From a virus (lineage: Duplodnaviria > Heunggongvirae > Uroviricota > Caudoviricetes): DNA of 35,072 bases. The position numbers and the translations under genes were made by a program. The notes below the pieces were generated by a model that saw only the letters and a program-made list of their open reading frames with translations, searched no databases and was not told the DNA's origin. Where the stretch lies: the IMG/VR virus record IMGVR_UViG_2698536477_000006, one strand, 5' to 3'. Of the stretch, positions 27,329 to 35,072 are shown in pieces (position 1 is the stretch's first letter; each line of letters opens with the position of its first letter).

Positions 27329-28538
27329 GATTACCTCGCCGTAATTGCTCCAAAGTTTCTACGCTGGTTTCAGATGACCAGACAATATCCCTGTCATTTT
27401 TGTTAGCCAGTTGATGCAACATTCCTTTCTTATGTATCGTTTCTAAACTTTTTATAAGAGAATCTAACGACGACTTATCCTCTTGGGCTATTCGTCTATG
27501 AACAGCAGCAATAAATTTATCTGGGGAAATTGAATTCGCGATATATTGCTCATACTCTTCCTGGTAAATCTCCCTTATTTTAGAATACAAATGACCAAGT
27601 AGTTTCCTATCGTAATCACTCGTAAAAATATTTCTCGCAAGCTCAGCATTATAATAATATTCCTTTGCATGCATAGCGATATCCTGATGTATATCTGCGA
27701 CAATCATTTTTAAGACGAAATACTCATTATCATATTGTTTCTCATCAGAAAAACGCTCAACACATATCTTCTTGGGTGCTTCTAAATTTATCTGCTGAAT
27801 AAATTGCTTTACCGCAACAAACACTGTAGACGAGCTGTTTTCGGGCTTGCAAATTGAGCTATGCCCTTCATTAACTGCAATTGAGTTATTTCGTTCACTA
27901 TCCATCGGTAATGCGCTTTTTTTATCAACTATAGTGTCATGAGAACCATAAACATATCTAGTGATAGGAAGTTTTTTGCTACAATTTATCCAGCGCCTAT
28001 TCAACGTATCGGTCGCTTCACTTAACAATCCAAGATCTACTAACTGAGCATTTGAAGATACCATTGAAGTTATATTCGCCAATTTAGCACCAAAGTGAGG
28101 GACTGCTAACGAAATGAATCCAATTATATTAGATTGTTCCTCATGCTCAACTTTTTTTAGAATTAGATTTTTTGATATTAACCCCCCCATACTATGGGCG
28201 ATTATTATAATTCGAGAGTAATCACTTAGCGTTACCCTAATCTCAGTATACAATAACTCAGCTATTTCATCAGTTGGTAAATTTCTCTCTAACTTATTTT
28301 TCTTAGAGAAAATACGAGCCCATAATCCTGACGTTTTAGCATACGTTTGTGTAAATTTGGTGAAATAATTGAAACATGCAATATCAAATACATTGCCAAT
28401 GTCTTCATCTTCTGCTAATAGTTTTGGAAATGAAGTTTCTTTATTAAAGTTCCATGTTTCCAAACCACCATTTAATCCATGTACAAATAGTATCAGGCTA
28501 TCTTTTTTCTCGTGGCTTATCCATTCAACCATGCTCAT
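27315..28538 (-). CDS. Effector component: N-terminal alpha/beta-hydrolase (lipase/esterase-like) domain plus C-terminal helical domain (LmuA-like with hydrolase effector)
   Basis: 407 aa; oxyanion HG in LFVHGLNGG (aa 17-25); nucleophile elbow AHSMGG with Ser116 (nt 28191-28193); candidate Asp201 (GSHDTIVD) and His226 (NEGHSS) give a Ser-Asp-His triad in canonical order; first gene of the three-gene operon. Confidence 0.7.
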   Translation of the reverse strand: MSMVEWISHEKKDSLILFVHGLNGGLETWNFNKETSFPKLLAEDEDIGNVFDIACFNYFTKFTQTYAKTSGLWARIFSKKNKLERNLPTDEIAELLYTEIRVTLSDYSRIIIIAHSMGGLISKNLILKKVEHEEQSNIIGFISLAVPHFGAKLANITSMVSSNAQLVDLGLLSEATDTLNRRWINCSKKLPITRYVYGSHDTIVDKKSALPMDSERNNSIAVNEGHSSICKPENSSSTVFVAVKQFIQQINLEAPKKICVERFSDEKQYDNEYFVLKMIVADIHQDIAMHAKEYYYNAELARNIFTSDYDRKLLGHLYSKIREIYQEEYEQYIANSISPDKFIAAVHRRIAQEDKSSLDSLIKSLETIHKKGMLHQLANKNDRDIVWSSETSVETLEQLRRGNHEEK

Positions 28539-28586
28539 ATGCTTTTCTGCCGTGTATAAAAATTAAACTATAACAAACAATTCCTC

Positions 28587-28603
28587 AACAATAACATATT
28601 GTT
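28587..28603. promoter_or_regulatory. Inverted repeat AACAATA-aca-TATTGTT about 50-65 nt upstream of the cassette start codon (candidate operator/promoter element)
   Basis: 7-bp perfect arms read directly, in the 89-nt gap between the A stop and the effector start. Confidence 0.3.
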
Positions 28604-28627
28604 ACCCCGTTTGACCGTTTTTTTCAA

Positions 28628-30910
28628 CTACCACTCACGCTGTCTGTCAAAAAAGTCGATATCGTTATCAAATTTAAAACGCTTATGCCCAAAATCCAAA
28701 ACAGCTCCGCGAGCGAGAGCTTCAAGCTCCCAATAACTAGCCTGAATGTCACTTTGTGCAAGAAGAACCTTAATTTTCGGGATAGTCTTTCTCTCCTGCC
28801 TTGTCAACCGGGCGGATGGGGCAGGAAAGTAGCTTCGACCATTGAAAGGGGTAAAGCTCTGCTGTGAACGATTACTGCATTTCAGTTCATTACTCAATAA
28901 GTCTCTAAGTACCTTCATAATGCCTGGCTCGGTCCAACTTAGAATCCCTTCATCTATTAAATTTAACACCGCTGCAGCATGCTCAGTCGGTGTGGGAGCC
29001 GGTAACGAAGTATCACCACCGGTGAGTTTTCCACAGTTATTGACAGGACTCCGAGGCGCGGCGATGCCGCTTTTTAAAGTCAAAGGCTCAACGACCGGAA
29101 CTTTCGGCACAATGCGCCAGTCCGTCGTTCTGGTGATATGAATATGACGCGCGCCGAGATGCGGCGCGTAAATGCCGACCACTCTCTCGACTTCTTCCTC
29201 GTACTCGTTAACGTCATCCGACGGGCTACGGGCGACCCTGACAGTCTGACAATCGCGCGGGACATTTGCCCCACCCTGCGCGCTGATATACAACGCAAAA
29301 TCACCACTGTCTGCGGCAGCGCGAGCAGCCTCGACGCGTTCGTCAAACTCATCAGCAATACTGACGCCGCGAGGCAATTTGCGTAGTTCACGGTAAGCCC
29401 CCATTGTCGGCAGTCCAACCGTTTTAAATTGCGGAATGCGCCACGTTGACGCCCATGCGGTAACAGCCGCGGCAGTATCTTTAAGCGGCTTACCGGTATC
29501 GTTATCGAGCTGACCATCCAGTGCATAGCCGTCGATGTTTTTTGAAATGTATTTCGCGATATATCCCGCAGCACCGCCCCGGTTAAGGTGTTTTGCCTGA
29601 AAACGGTTTCGCGCAGCTCCTCTTTCGTCTCCATCCTCTTTGAGCGCGTAGCGACGCATGATTTCGATAATCTGGTTACGCTGGCGTGGATTACAAAAAA
29701 GCATCATATGCCAGTGCGGCGTTCCGTCGTGGTGTGGCTCGACGACACGCAAACCGTAGACCTGTAAATCATTATCCTTGAATGCCGTGCGCATCAGGCT
29801 CCAGATGCGGCAGAGATAACGCTGCGCATCCTTTGGATTAAATGCCTCATCGTTCCAGCCGTGATTAAGCTGAACGGTTTTACTTTCGCCTTTTCTGACC
29901 TGACGTGTCGGGTGATACTTTGACGGCGCGGTCAGCGTGATAAACATCCCCACATCACCCTCTGCGGCGGCGTAACGCTCAATACCGGCAATGGTGTTCA
30001 TCAGCTCCATCCGGCGAATTTCAGGATTAGAAATACTGCCCATCACCTTACTGATAAGGTCGATGCGCTCGCCGGTTTCCCTGTTTTCAAGGTCACACGA
30101 TTTAAGAAATTCCAGATTTGCCTGGCGGCGCGCACGCACATCACGAATGGCGTGTTTACTGGCATAAGGAGAACGGTCTTTATTGACCTCCCCGACAGCT
30201 ATCAGTAACGCTTCATGCCAGCGCATACGCTGGCCTTTAAGCTGATGAGTCCACCACTCATCGTTAAACAGACGGGCAATGGCAGAATATGCCTGCCTCG
30301 TGGTCATCTGCCCTTTACGGTATTTTTTCCAGTAGAGAGGGGAAATATTGAAAGCACGTGCAGCGCCAGCAACATGACCATAGAGGTGAGCCTGCGCCTC
30401 ATCCGTAAACAGCGATTCTTTTTCGCCATGCGCATCCACCCAGGCATCACTGAGTTCCCCATACATCATGAAAAGCTGCGATGAGATACGGGCAGCAAAC
30501 TTTTTCAGCTCCTTGTCATTCATTCCCGGCAGGCGCGCATAGTGGTCACGCTCTGCCAGAAACAGTAACGACGCGTCGGTGTTCATTTCATGGCGCTGAT
30601 TCACACGCTCAATGCGCGGCCATAAACGACGCTGAAAAGTGGATGTGAGGAAATAAAACCCGTGCACCGGGCTTTTATTGCGCCGGATGTGGTCATAGCG
30701 TGAAGTAAACAGCGAGCGCAAAAAGTAAGGCAGGCGGTTAATCGTGGATAAAACACCTTGCACCTGACGCATCTCGTCACGTGTAAGGGGTCTTTCGCGC
30801 CCGACGGCCTCGCGTGGCGCGTTCCATGCATAAGCACCGGTAAACGCCTTACCGGTGCCTGCAGCAAATGCTGACGGAGGGACAAAACGCCCGGAGGCTT
30901 TAACGGCCAT
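28628..30910 (-). CDS. A: Replication initiation protein A (rolling-circle nickase)
   Basis: 761-aa product from internal ATG at 30910 (MAVKASGRFVPPSAF...); P2 gpA length. Confidence 0.9.
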   Translation of the reverse strand: MAVKASGRFVPPSAFAAGTGKAFTGAYAWNAPREAVGRERPLTRDEMRQVQGVLSTINRLPYFLRSLFTSRYDHIRRNKSPVHGFYFLTSTFQRRLWPRIERVNQRHEMNTDASLLFLAERDHYARLPGMNDKELKKFAARISSQLFMMYGELSDAWVDAHGEKESLFTDEAQAHLYGHVAGAARAFNISPLYWKKYRKGQMTTRQAYSAIARLFNDEWWTHQLKGQRMRWHEALLIAVGEVNKDRSPYASKHAIRDVRARRQANLEFLKSCDLENRETGERIDLISKVMGSISNPEIRRMELMNTIAGIERYAAAEGDVGMFITLTAPSKYHPTRQVRKGESKTVQLNHGWNDEAFNPKDAQRYLCRIWSLMRTAFKDNDLQVYGLRVVEPHHDGTPHWHMMLFCNPRQRNQIIEIMRRYALKEDGDERGAARNRFQAKHLNRGGAAGYIAKYISKNIDGYALDGQLDNDTGKPLKDTAAAVTAWASTWRIPQFKTVGLPTMGAYRELRKLPRGVSIADEFDERVEAARAAADSGDFALYISAQGGANVPRDCQTVRVARSPSDDVNEYEEEVERVVGIYAPHLGARHIHITRTTDWRIVPKVPVVEPLTLKSGIAAPRSPVNNCGKLTGGDTSLPAPTPTEHAAAVLNLIDEGILSWTEPGIMKVLRDLLSNELKCSNRSQQSFTPFNGRSYFPAPSARLTRQERKTIPKIKVLLAQSDIQASYWELEALARGAVLDFGHKRFKFDNDIDFFDRQREW

Positions 30911-31175
30911 ATGAGCCAAAAGCCTCTGAGCAACGCTTGCTGAGTTGCTCAACCTGCGCGTTTAAATCAGCAAAAGACTTTGCGCTTCCGGTCAGAATAT
31001 CGTGATGCATCAGGCCGGAAACGAGCTGGCTTAATTTCGGGTAATAACCAACCACCGCCAGCCATTCCTGACCGGCGTTTTTACCGCTTTCCGCTCTCTT
31101 TTTCTCGTGGAGAATAAACTGAAAGCTGTCACTGGTAACGACATAACGTTCGCCAATTTCAATACGAATACTCAT
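30900..31175 (-). CDS. Early-operon hypothetical protein (P2 orf83 position)
   Basis: 91-aa ORF directly upstream of A in the same orientation. Confidence 0.6.
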   Translation of the reverse strand: MSIRIEIGERYVVTSDSFQFILHEKKRAESGKNAGQEWLAVVGYYPKLSQLVSGLMHHDILTGSAKSFADLNAQVEQLSKRCSEAFGSYGR

Positions 31176-31396
31176 GCCGTTCTCCGGTAACGTTTGTTTT
31201 TTGCTTCAAAGACTGACTGACAGGAAACACAACGCGTGGCTGACGGGTAAGCCGCACGACGGGCAGCAGGTATTGGCGCGTCACACTCTTCGCAAACCAG
31301 CGCAGAAGCACCGCAATGTTTTACCCTTGCCGCGTTAATCTGGCGCTCCAGTAATTCAGCCTGTTGTTCCTGAATAAAATCTACGTTGTCCGGCAT
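31172..31396 (-). CDS. TraR/DksA-family C4 zinc-finger protein (P2 orf82 position)
   Basis: 74 aa with CxxC...CxxC (CEECDAPIP...CVSCQ) typical of the TraR/DksA zinc ribbon. Confidence 0.75.
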   Translation of the reverse strand: MPDNVDFIQEQQAELLERQINAARVKHCGASALVCEECDAPIPAARRAAYPSATRCVSCQSVFEAKNKRYRRTA

Positions 31397-31398
31397 TA

Positions 31399-31701
31399 TC
31401 AGCTCCTTTTATCGTTAAGTTTCCTGGATACATCAGCGCAATAACTGGCAAGTTCTGTCGTTAATTTTGTCAGTTCATCCACTGAGGAAATTTGCTTGTG
31501 GAATACAGCGCGTTTAACAAGTAAATTGACCACATCAGACAGGAGGTTTAATTCATTCTGATAAATCGCGATAACAGATTCAGTTATGTCGCGTTTTTCT
31601 TTATCAAGGCAAAGTTGAATAAGAGACAAATCGCCATTTTTCATAACGGCGATTTTTAAGGCGTTATTCAGTAATACAACTGAATGAGAACAGGACATCA
31701 A
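31399..31701 (-). CDS. Early-operon hypothetical protein, AT-rich (P2 orf81 position)
   Basis: 100-aa ORF with visibly lower G+C than neighbouring early genes. Confidence 0.55.
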   Translation of the reverse strand: MMSCSHSVVLLNNALKIAVMKNGDLSLIQLCLDKEKRDITESVIAIYQNELNLLSDVVNLLVKRAVFHKQISSVDELTKLTTELASYCADVSRKLNDKRS

Positions 31702-31922
31702 AGCACCTCCCCGCGAGACAATCCGATATTGTGAAATTTTTCCGACTCCTGACTGAGCAGCTCGACTATCTCCACGCGGGATAACTCCGCCTTTGTGATA
31801 TGGCGAATCATGGCGTCAAGATGAGAAGAAAAGCGTGTCGCTGCGTCGGCCTGTGCTTCGGCTCTGGCCTGTTGCAGCAGTAATGCGTATTTACCGCACT
31901 TGTTTTCAGAAACTGTATGCAT
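31698..31922 (-). CDS. Early-operon hypothetical protein (P2 orf80 position)
   Basis: 74-aa ORF, 4-nt overlap with the downstream gene. Confidence 0.55.
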   Translation of the reverse strand: MHTVSENKCGKYALLLQQARAEAQADAATRFSSHLDAMIRHITKAELSRVEIVELLSQESEKFHNIGLSRGEVL

Positions 31923-31985
31923 GACTTTCTCCAGGCAAAAAGAAGCCCCGCACGATTAAGTGCGTTAAAAACTCTGGTTAATTAT

Positions 31986-32486
31986 TTAATGCAGATATTG
32001 CTCTGGTTTTACCGACGTCAGAATTGTCGGTGCATACTCAAACAGGCTGAATAATTCACGTAATGCACGGAATAAAGCATCACGCCAGTAACATGATTCT
32101 TCATTAATTCGCCAGTATGGCTGGTTGAATTCTTTTTCAGTCAATCCGGCATGCATAAATAAAGTACGACGCTGACTGACTGTTAAAAAACTAATATATG
32201 CATACTCACTTGCGCCAACCTGACGGCGTTTTGAGAATGCCCCACGCAATTCATCAATTGCACAAACCAGCCGTTCACGTTCGACGTCGTTCATTTCTTC
32301 AAAACGCATCGTTGCGTGACGCTGTTTTAACTGCGCATGGAAGCAAACCGTTAGCCGTTCGCGTTCCATCATCTGATTATAATAATCACATGTATCCTGC
32401 CAGCGAGGGACGGCAAGATGCTTGCCAATTATCCGGCGCATAGCTGCTGGCTGTTTTTCAACGAGATTGAGCGTCATCACTGTCAT
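31986..32486 (-). CDS. B: Replication protein B (helicase-loading)
   Basis: 166 aa; P2 gpB length and position. Confidence 0.85.
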   Translation of the reverse strand: MTVMTLNLVEKQPAAMRRIIGKHLAVPRWQDTCDYYNQMMERERLTVCFHAQLKQRHATMRFEEMNDVERERLVCAIDELRGAFSKRRQVGASEYAYISFLTVSQRRTLFMHAGLTEKEFNQPYWRINEESCYWRDALFRALRELFSLFEYAPTILTSVKPEQYLH

Positions 32487-32677
32487 TTCCAGACCCTCCG
32501 GCTTTTCAGAAAGGTCAGAGCCTTTTTTAACGGACTCTGTTTTTTGGTGCGGATAATGATTCCCTTACGCCCCTTACCGTGGGTGATGGTGAAGTCAATC
32601 GCCCTGGGGCTTTCGTTACGCAATAACTGAGCAATACAACGAGGCTCATTCATACGGTTCTCCTTAACGTGGTTCAC
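32483..32677 (-). CDS. Small early protein (P2 orf78 position); start codon uncertain
   Basis: 64-aa basic ORF between cox and B; alternative start MNEPRC would remove the overlap with cox. Confidence 0.45.
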   Translation of the reverse strand: MNHVKENRMNEPRCIAQLLRNESPRAIDFTITHGKGRKGIIIRTKKQSPLKKALTFLKSRRVWK

Positions 32678-32939
32678 CGAGACCTAACCACATCAACCAG
32701 CCGTCACGAATCTCTTTAGGACGGCTTTCATAAGCCAGTTTTAGTCCGTTATTCCATGCCGGAAGGTATACCCAATATTCACCAGCACGCCCCGATACTG
32801 ACTGAGGGTCAGTAATCTCAATAACTGGTAATTTCCCTTTCTCAATCATGCCCCTTACAGCTCTTGGAGTTTTACCAATGAGTTTTGCAAACTCCTGATA
32901 AGGCACGGCATCAGTCACGCTTACAAGCTGTCTATTCAT
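32664..32939 (-). CDS. cox: Cox (excisionase / repressor of Pc)
   Basis: 91 aa; P2 Cox length; first gene of the early operon, divergent from C. Confidence 0.85.
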   Translation of the reverse strand: MNRQLVSVTDAVPYQEFAKLIGKTPRAVRGMIEKGKLPVIEITDPQSVSGRAGEYWVYLPAWNNGLKLAYESRPKEIRDGWLMWLGLGEPR

Positions 32940-32964
32940 CTGCTACGATTCTCCCTTAGTGCTT

Positions 32965-32983
32965 CTAATGGCTCCTAATGGCT
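32965..32983. promoter_or_regulatory. Candidate C-repressor operator: direct repeats CTAATGGCT x2 with 10-bp periodicity in the Pe/Pc switch region
   Basis: CTAATGGCT-C-CTAATGGCT read directly between cox and C; P2-type repressors bind direct repeats flanking the Pe -10. Confidence 0.5.
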
Positions 32984-33060
32984 AATTATTGCCTAAAAGG
33001 ATAACTCCAGAAGCACAACATTTCACACTATCAGCAAGAAATTACGCAATCGGAGTAATT

Positions 33061-33360
33061 ATGTCAATAGACGTTTCGGAGAAGTTGAAGCTAATCCGTG
33101 AATCTGAAAGGTTAAACCGTAAAGAATTCAGTGAATTAACTGGTGTAGCCTACAGCTCACTTTCGAGCTATGAGAGCCGGTCAAAAAACGCTGGAGTTGA
33201 AGCCATAATGAAGGTCTTACAACATCCTAGATTTACTAAATATACTTTGTGGTTCATGACTGATCAGGTAGCTCCAGAAGCCGGGCAAATTGCGCCCGCT
33301 CTCGCACACTTTGGGCAAAACGAAACAACGTCGCCCCACTCCGGTCAAAAGACTGGTTAA
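33061..33360 (+). CDS. C: Immunity repressor C
   Basis: 99-aa product from internal ATG at 33061; C-terminal half FTKYTLWFMTDQVAPEAGQIAPALAHFGQNETTSPHSGQKTG closely matches P2 C, while the N-terminal DNA-binding half differs. Confidence 0.85.
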   Translation: MSIDVSEKLKLIRESERLNRKEFSELTGVAYSSLSSYESRSKNAGVEAIMKVLQHPRFTKYTLWFMTDQVAPEAGQIAPALAHFGQNETTSPHSGQKTG

Positions 33361-33475
33361 CAATTTATCGTGAATATATTCATCACAAGTGCCTACTATT
33401 GGTGGCTAAATTTCAGCCACCACGAAAAAAGCGATTAGTAGTAGCAAAAAAAAGTACCACTCGGAGGGTTTTCTG

Positions 33476-34489
33476 ATGGCAATCAAAAAACTCGATGATG
33501 GTCGATATGAAGTGGACATCCGCCCTACTGGACGTAACGGAAAACGCATCCGTAGGAAGTTTGATAAGAAAAGCGAAGCTGTCGCTTTCGAAAAATACAC
33601 GTTGTACAACCACCACAATAAAGAATGGCTATCAAAACCAACAGACAAACGACGTCTGTCGGAACTGACACAGATCTGGTGGGATTTAAAGGGTAAACAC
33701 GAAGAGCATGGGAAATCTAATCTTGGAAAAATTGAAATCTTCACAAAAATAACGAATGACCCATGCGCATTTCAAATCACGAAATCCCTTATCAGCCAGT
33801 ACTGCGCCACCCGAAGAAGTCAGGGTATTAAACCTTCGAGTATCAATCGTGATTTAACATGTATTAGCGGCATGTTTACAGCCCTGATTGAAGCGGAGTT
33901 ATTCTTTGGTGAGCATCCTATCAGAGGGACAAAGAGGCTTAAGGAGGAAAAACCAGAAACAGGCTATCTCACACAGGAAGAAATAGCCTTACTGCTTGCA
34001 GCACTTGACGGCGACAATAAAAAGATTGCGATTCTTTGCCTAAGTACAGGAGCACGTTGGGGAGAAGCAGCTCGTTTGAAAGCAGAAAATATCATCCATA
34101 ACCGCGTCACGTTTGTTAAAACGAAAACAAACAAACCACGCACCGTCCCGATCTCAGAGGCTGTTGCCAAAATGATCGCGGATAACAAACGAGGTTTTTT
34201 ATTCCCTGATGCTGATTACCCTCGCTTCAGACGAACAATGAAAGCAATAAAACCGGATTTGCCAATGGGGCAAGCCACACATGCACTAAGGCACAGCTTT
34301 GCCACTCATTTCATGATTAATGGAGGAAGTATTATCACGCTACAACGGATACTAGGTCACACGCGGATTGAGCAAACTATGGTTTACGCTCATTTTGCGC
34401 CAGAGTACCTTCAGGACGCCATTTCTCTTAATCCGCTAAGAGGTGGTACTGAGGCCGAGAGTGTCCACACAGTGTCCACAGTAGAGTAA
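33476..34489 (+). CDS. int: Tyrosine integrase
   Basis: 337 aa; catalytic motifs ...HALRHSFATH... and ...LGHTRIEQTMVYAH...; adjacent to the att core. Confidence 0.9.
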   Translation: MAIKKLDDGRYEVDIRPTGRNGKRIRRKFDKKSEAVAFEKYTLYNHHNKEWLSKPTDKRRLSELTQIWWDLKGKHEEHGKSNLGKIEIFTKITNDPCAFQITKSLISQYCATRRSQGIKPSSINRDLTCISGMFTALIEAELFFGEHPIRGTKRLKEEKPETGYLTQEEIALLLAALDGDNKKIAILCLSTGARWGEAARLKAENIIHNRVTFVKTKTNKPRTVPISEAVAKMIADNKRGFLFPDADYPRFRRTMKAIKPDLPMGQATHALRHSFATHFMINGGSIITLQRILGHTRIEQTMVYAHFAPEYLQDAISLNPLRGGTEAESVHTVSTVE

Positions 34490-34568
34490 CGTTTAAGGGC
34501 TTTCAGTGGTAATTTATGCCGCTCAAACCCGCATTGTACCGTTGAAAGCCCCTACTGGTGACACCCTA

Positions 34569-34595
34569 AATCTCCCTTACACGGGCTTATTTTTT
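34569..34595. repeat. P2 att core copy (27 bp), int-proximal prophage boundary
   Basis: Identical to 1507-1533; preceded by CCCT, a partial duplicate of the cyaR 3' end. Confidence 0.85.
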
Positions 34596-34754
34596 TATGC
34601 ATAAGCCCTATCTCTGGTAACCGTCTTCCATTGACCACATCGATAGAATCTCCCTTCATAGCACGATGCCTTTCACGTAACGGCATCGTGCTCGCACAGG
34701 TTCCGGCTAAGCACAACCAGAACGCGCATGTTTGACGCTTACCAAAAAATATTC

Positions 34755-35072
34755 TCACTCTCCACATTTGAATGTCAGACGAGCGACGCCATGTAATCCT
34801 GCACCTTCTGTCTTCAGGTCAACTATCTGCATTTTTTTGCCCTGAGTAACACAGAAATGGGCTGCATCATTTTTTACTATATTTTCTGCACCAGATATTC
34901 TGCCCCTGGCTAAAGAAGCTTCGGCTTCGGTGTAGTATTGGTTATCGAGTTTACGCTGAATATTACTTTTATATGCAAGACCAAATTTACCGATACTTGT
35001 CTCATCATTATGCACAGCACAACCAGACACAATAAAAATACTAATTAATGATATAGCAGCTATCTTTTTCAT
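34755..35072 (-). CDS. yegR: Lipoprotein YegR (host gene)
   Basis: 105-aa ORF MKKIAAISLISIFIVSGCAVHNDETSIGKF... with lipobox; recognised as E. coli YegR; start codon at the last bases of the window. Confidence 0.8.
   Translation of the reverse strand: MKKIAAISLISIFIVSGCAVHNDETSIGKFGLAYKSNIQRKLDNQYYTEAEASLARGRISGAENIVKNDAAHFCVTQGKKMQIVDLKTEGAGLHGVARLTFKCGE

Larger units (their letters stand above)
1507..34595. mobile_element. Complete P2-like (Peduovirus-type) prophage integrated at cyaR
   Basis: Bounded by 27-bp direct repeats; contains the full P2 gene complement in canonical order with P2-matching protein lengths, integrase, cos and immunity region. Confidence 0.95.

Noticed and set aside
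33406-33744. 112-aa minus-strand ORF overlapping the integrase start
   Set aside because: Antisense to int, AT-rich and low-complexity; the C-int intergenic region is better explained as regulatory sequence.
34552-34767. 71-aa minus-strand ORF running across the att core
   Set aside because: Spans the att repeat and the yegR 3' region with no supporting features.

Overview
This window is an Escherichia-type chromosomal segment (yegQ/trhP, cyaR sRNA, yegR) carrying a complete P2-like temperate prophage of about 33 kb, integrated into the 3' end of cyaR. Identical 27-bp att core copies sit at 1507-1533 and 34569-34595. Gene order is ogr-D-U-T-E/E'-FII-FI-[cargo]-G-H-I-J-W-V-S-R-lysCBA-K-Y-X-L-M-N-O (minus strand), P-Q (plus), cos, [cargo], A-orf83-82-81-80-B-orf78-cox (minus), C-int (plus). 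Two AT-rich cargo islands occupy the two classic P2 variable loci. (i) Between FI and G (the Z/fun position) is a single 442-aa ORF with a HEPN-like Rx4H motif and a PD-(D/E)xK-like motif. (ii) Between cos and A (the tin/old position) is a translationally coupled three-gene cassette: alpha/beta-hydrolase effector, small middle protein, and SMC/Rad50-like ABC ATPase with a CxxC hook. This resembles Lamassu / ABC-3C defence systems and is the strongest candidate for the system of interest. I also verified the P2 E/E' -1 frameshift by hand (slippery T TTT TTG, 142-aa product) and found 44-aa tandem repeats in the tail fibre gene. All homology calls rest on recall of P2 and E. coli protein sequences and lengths; no searches were run, and composition statements are by eye.
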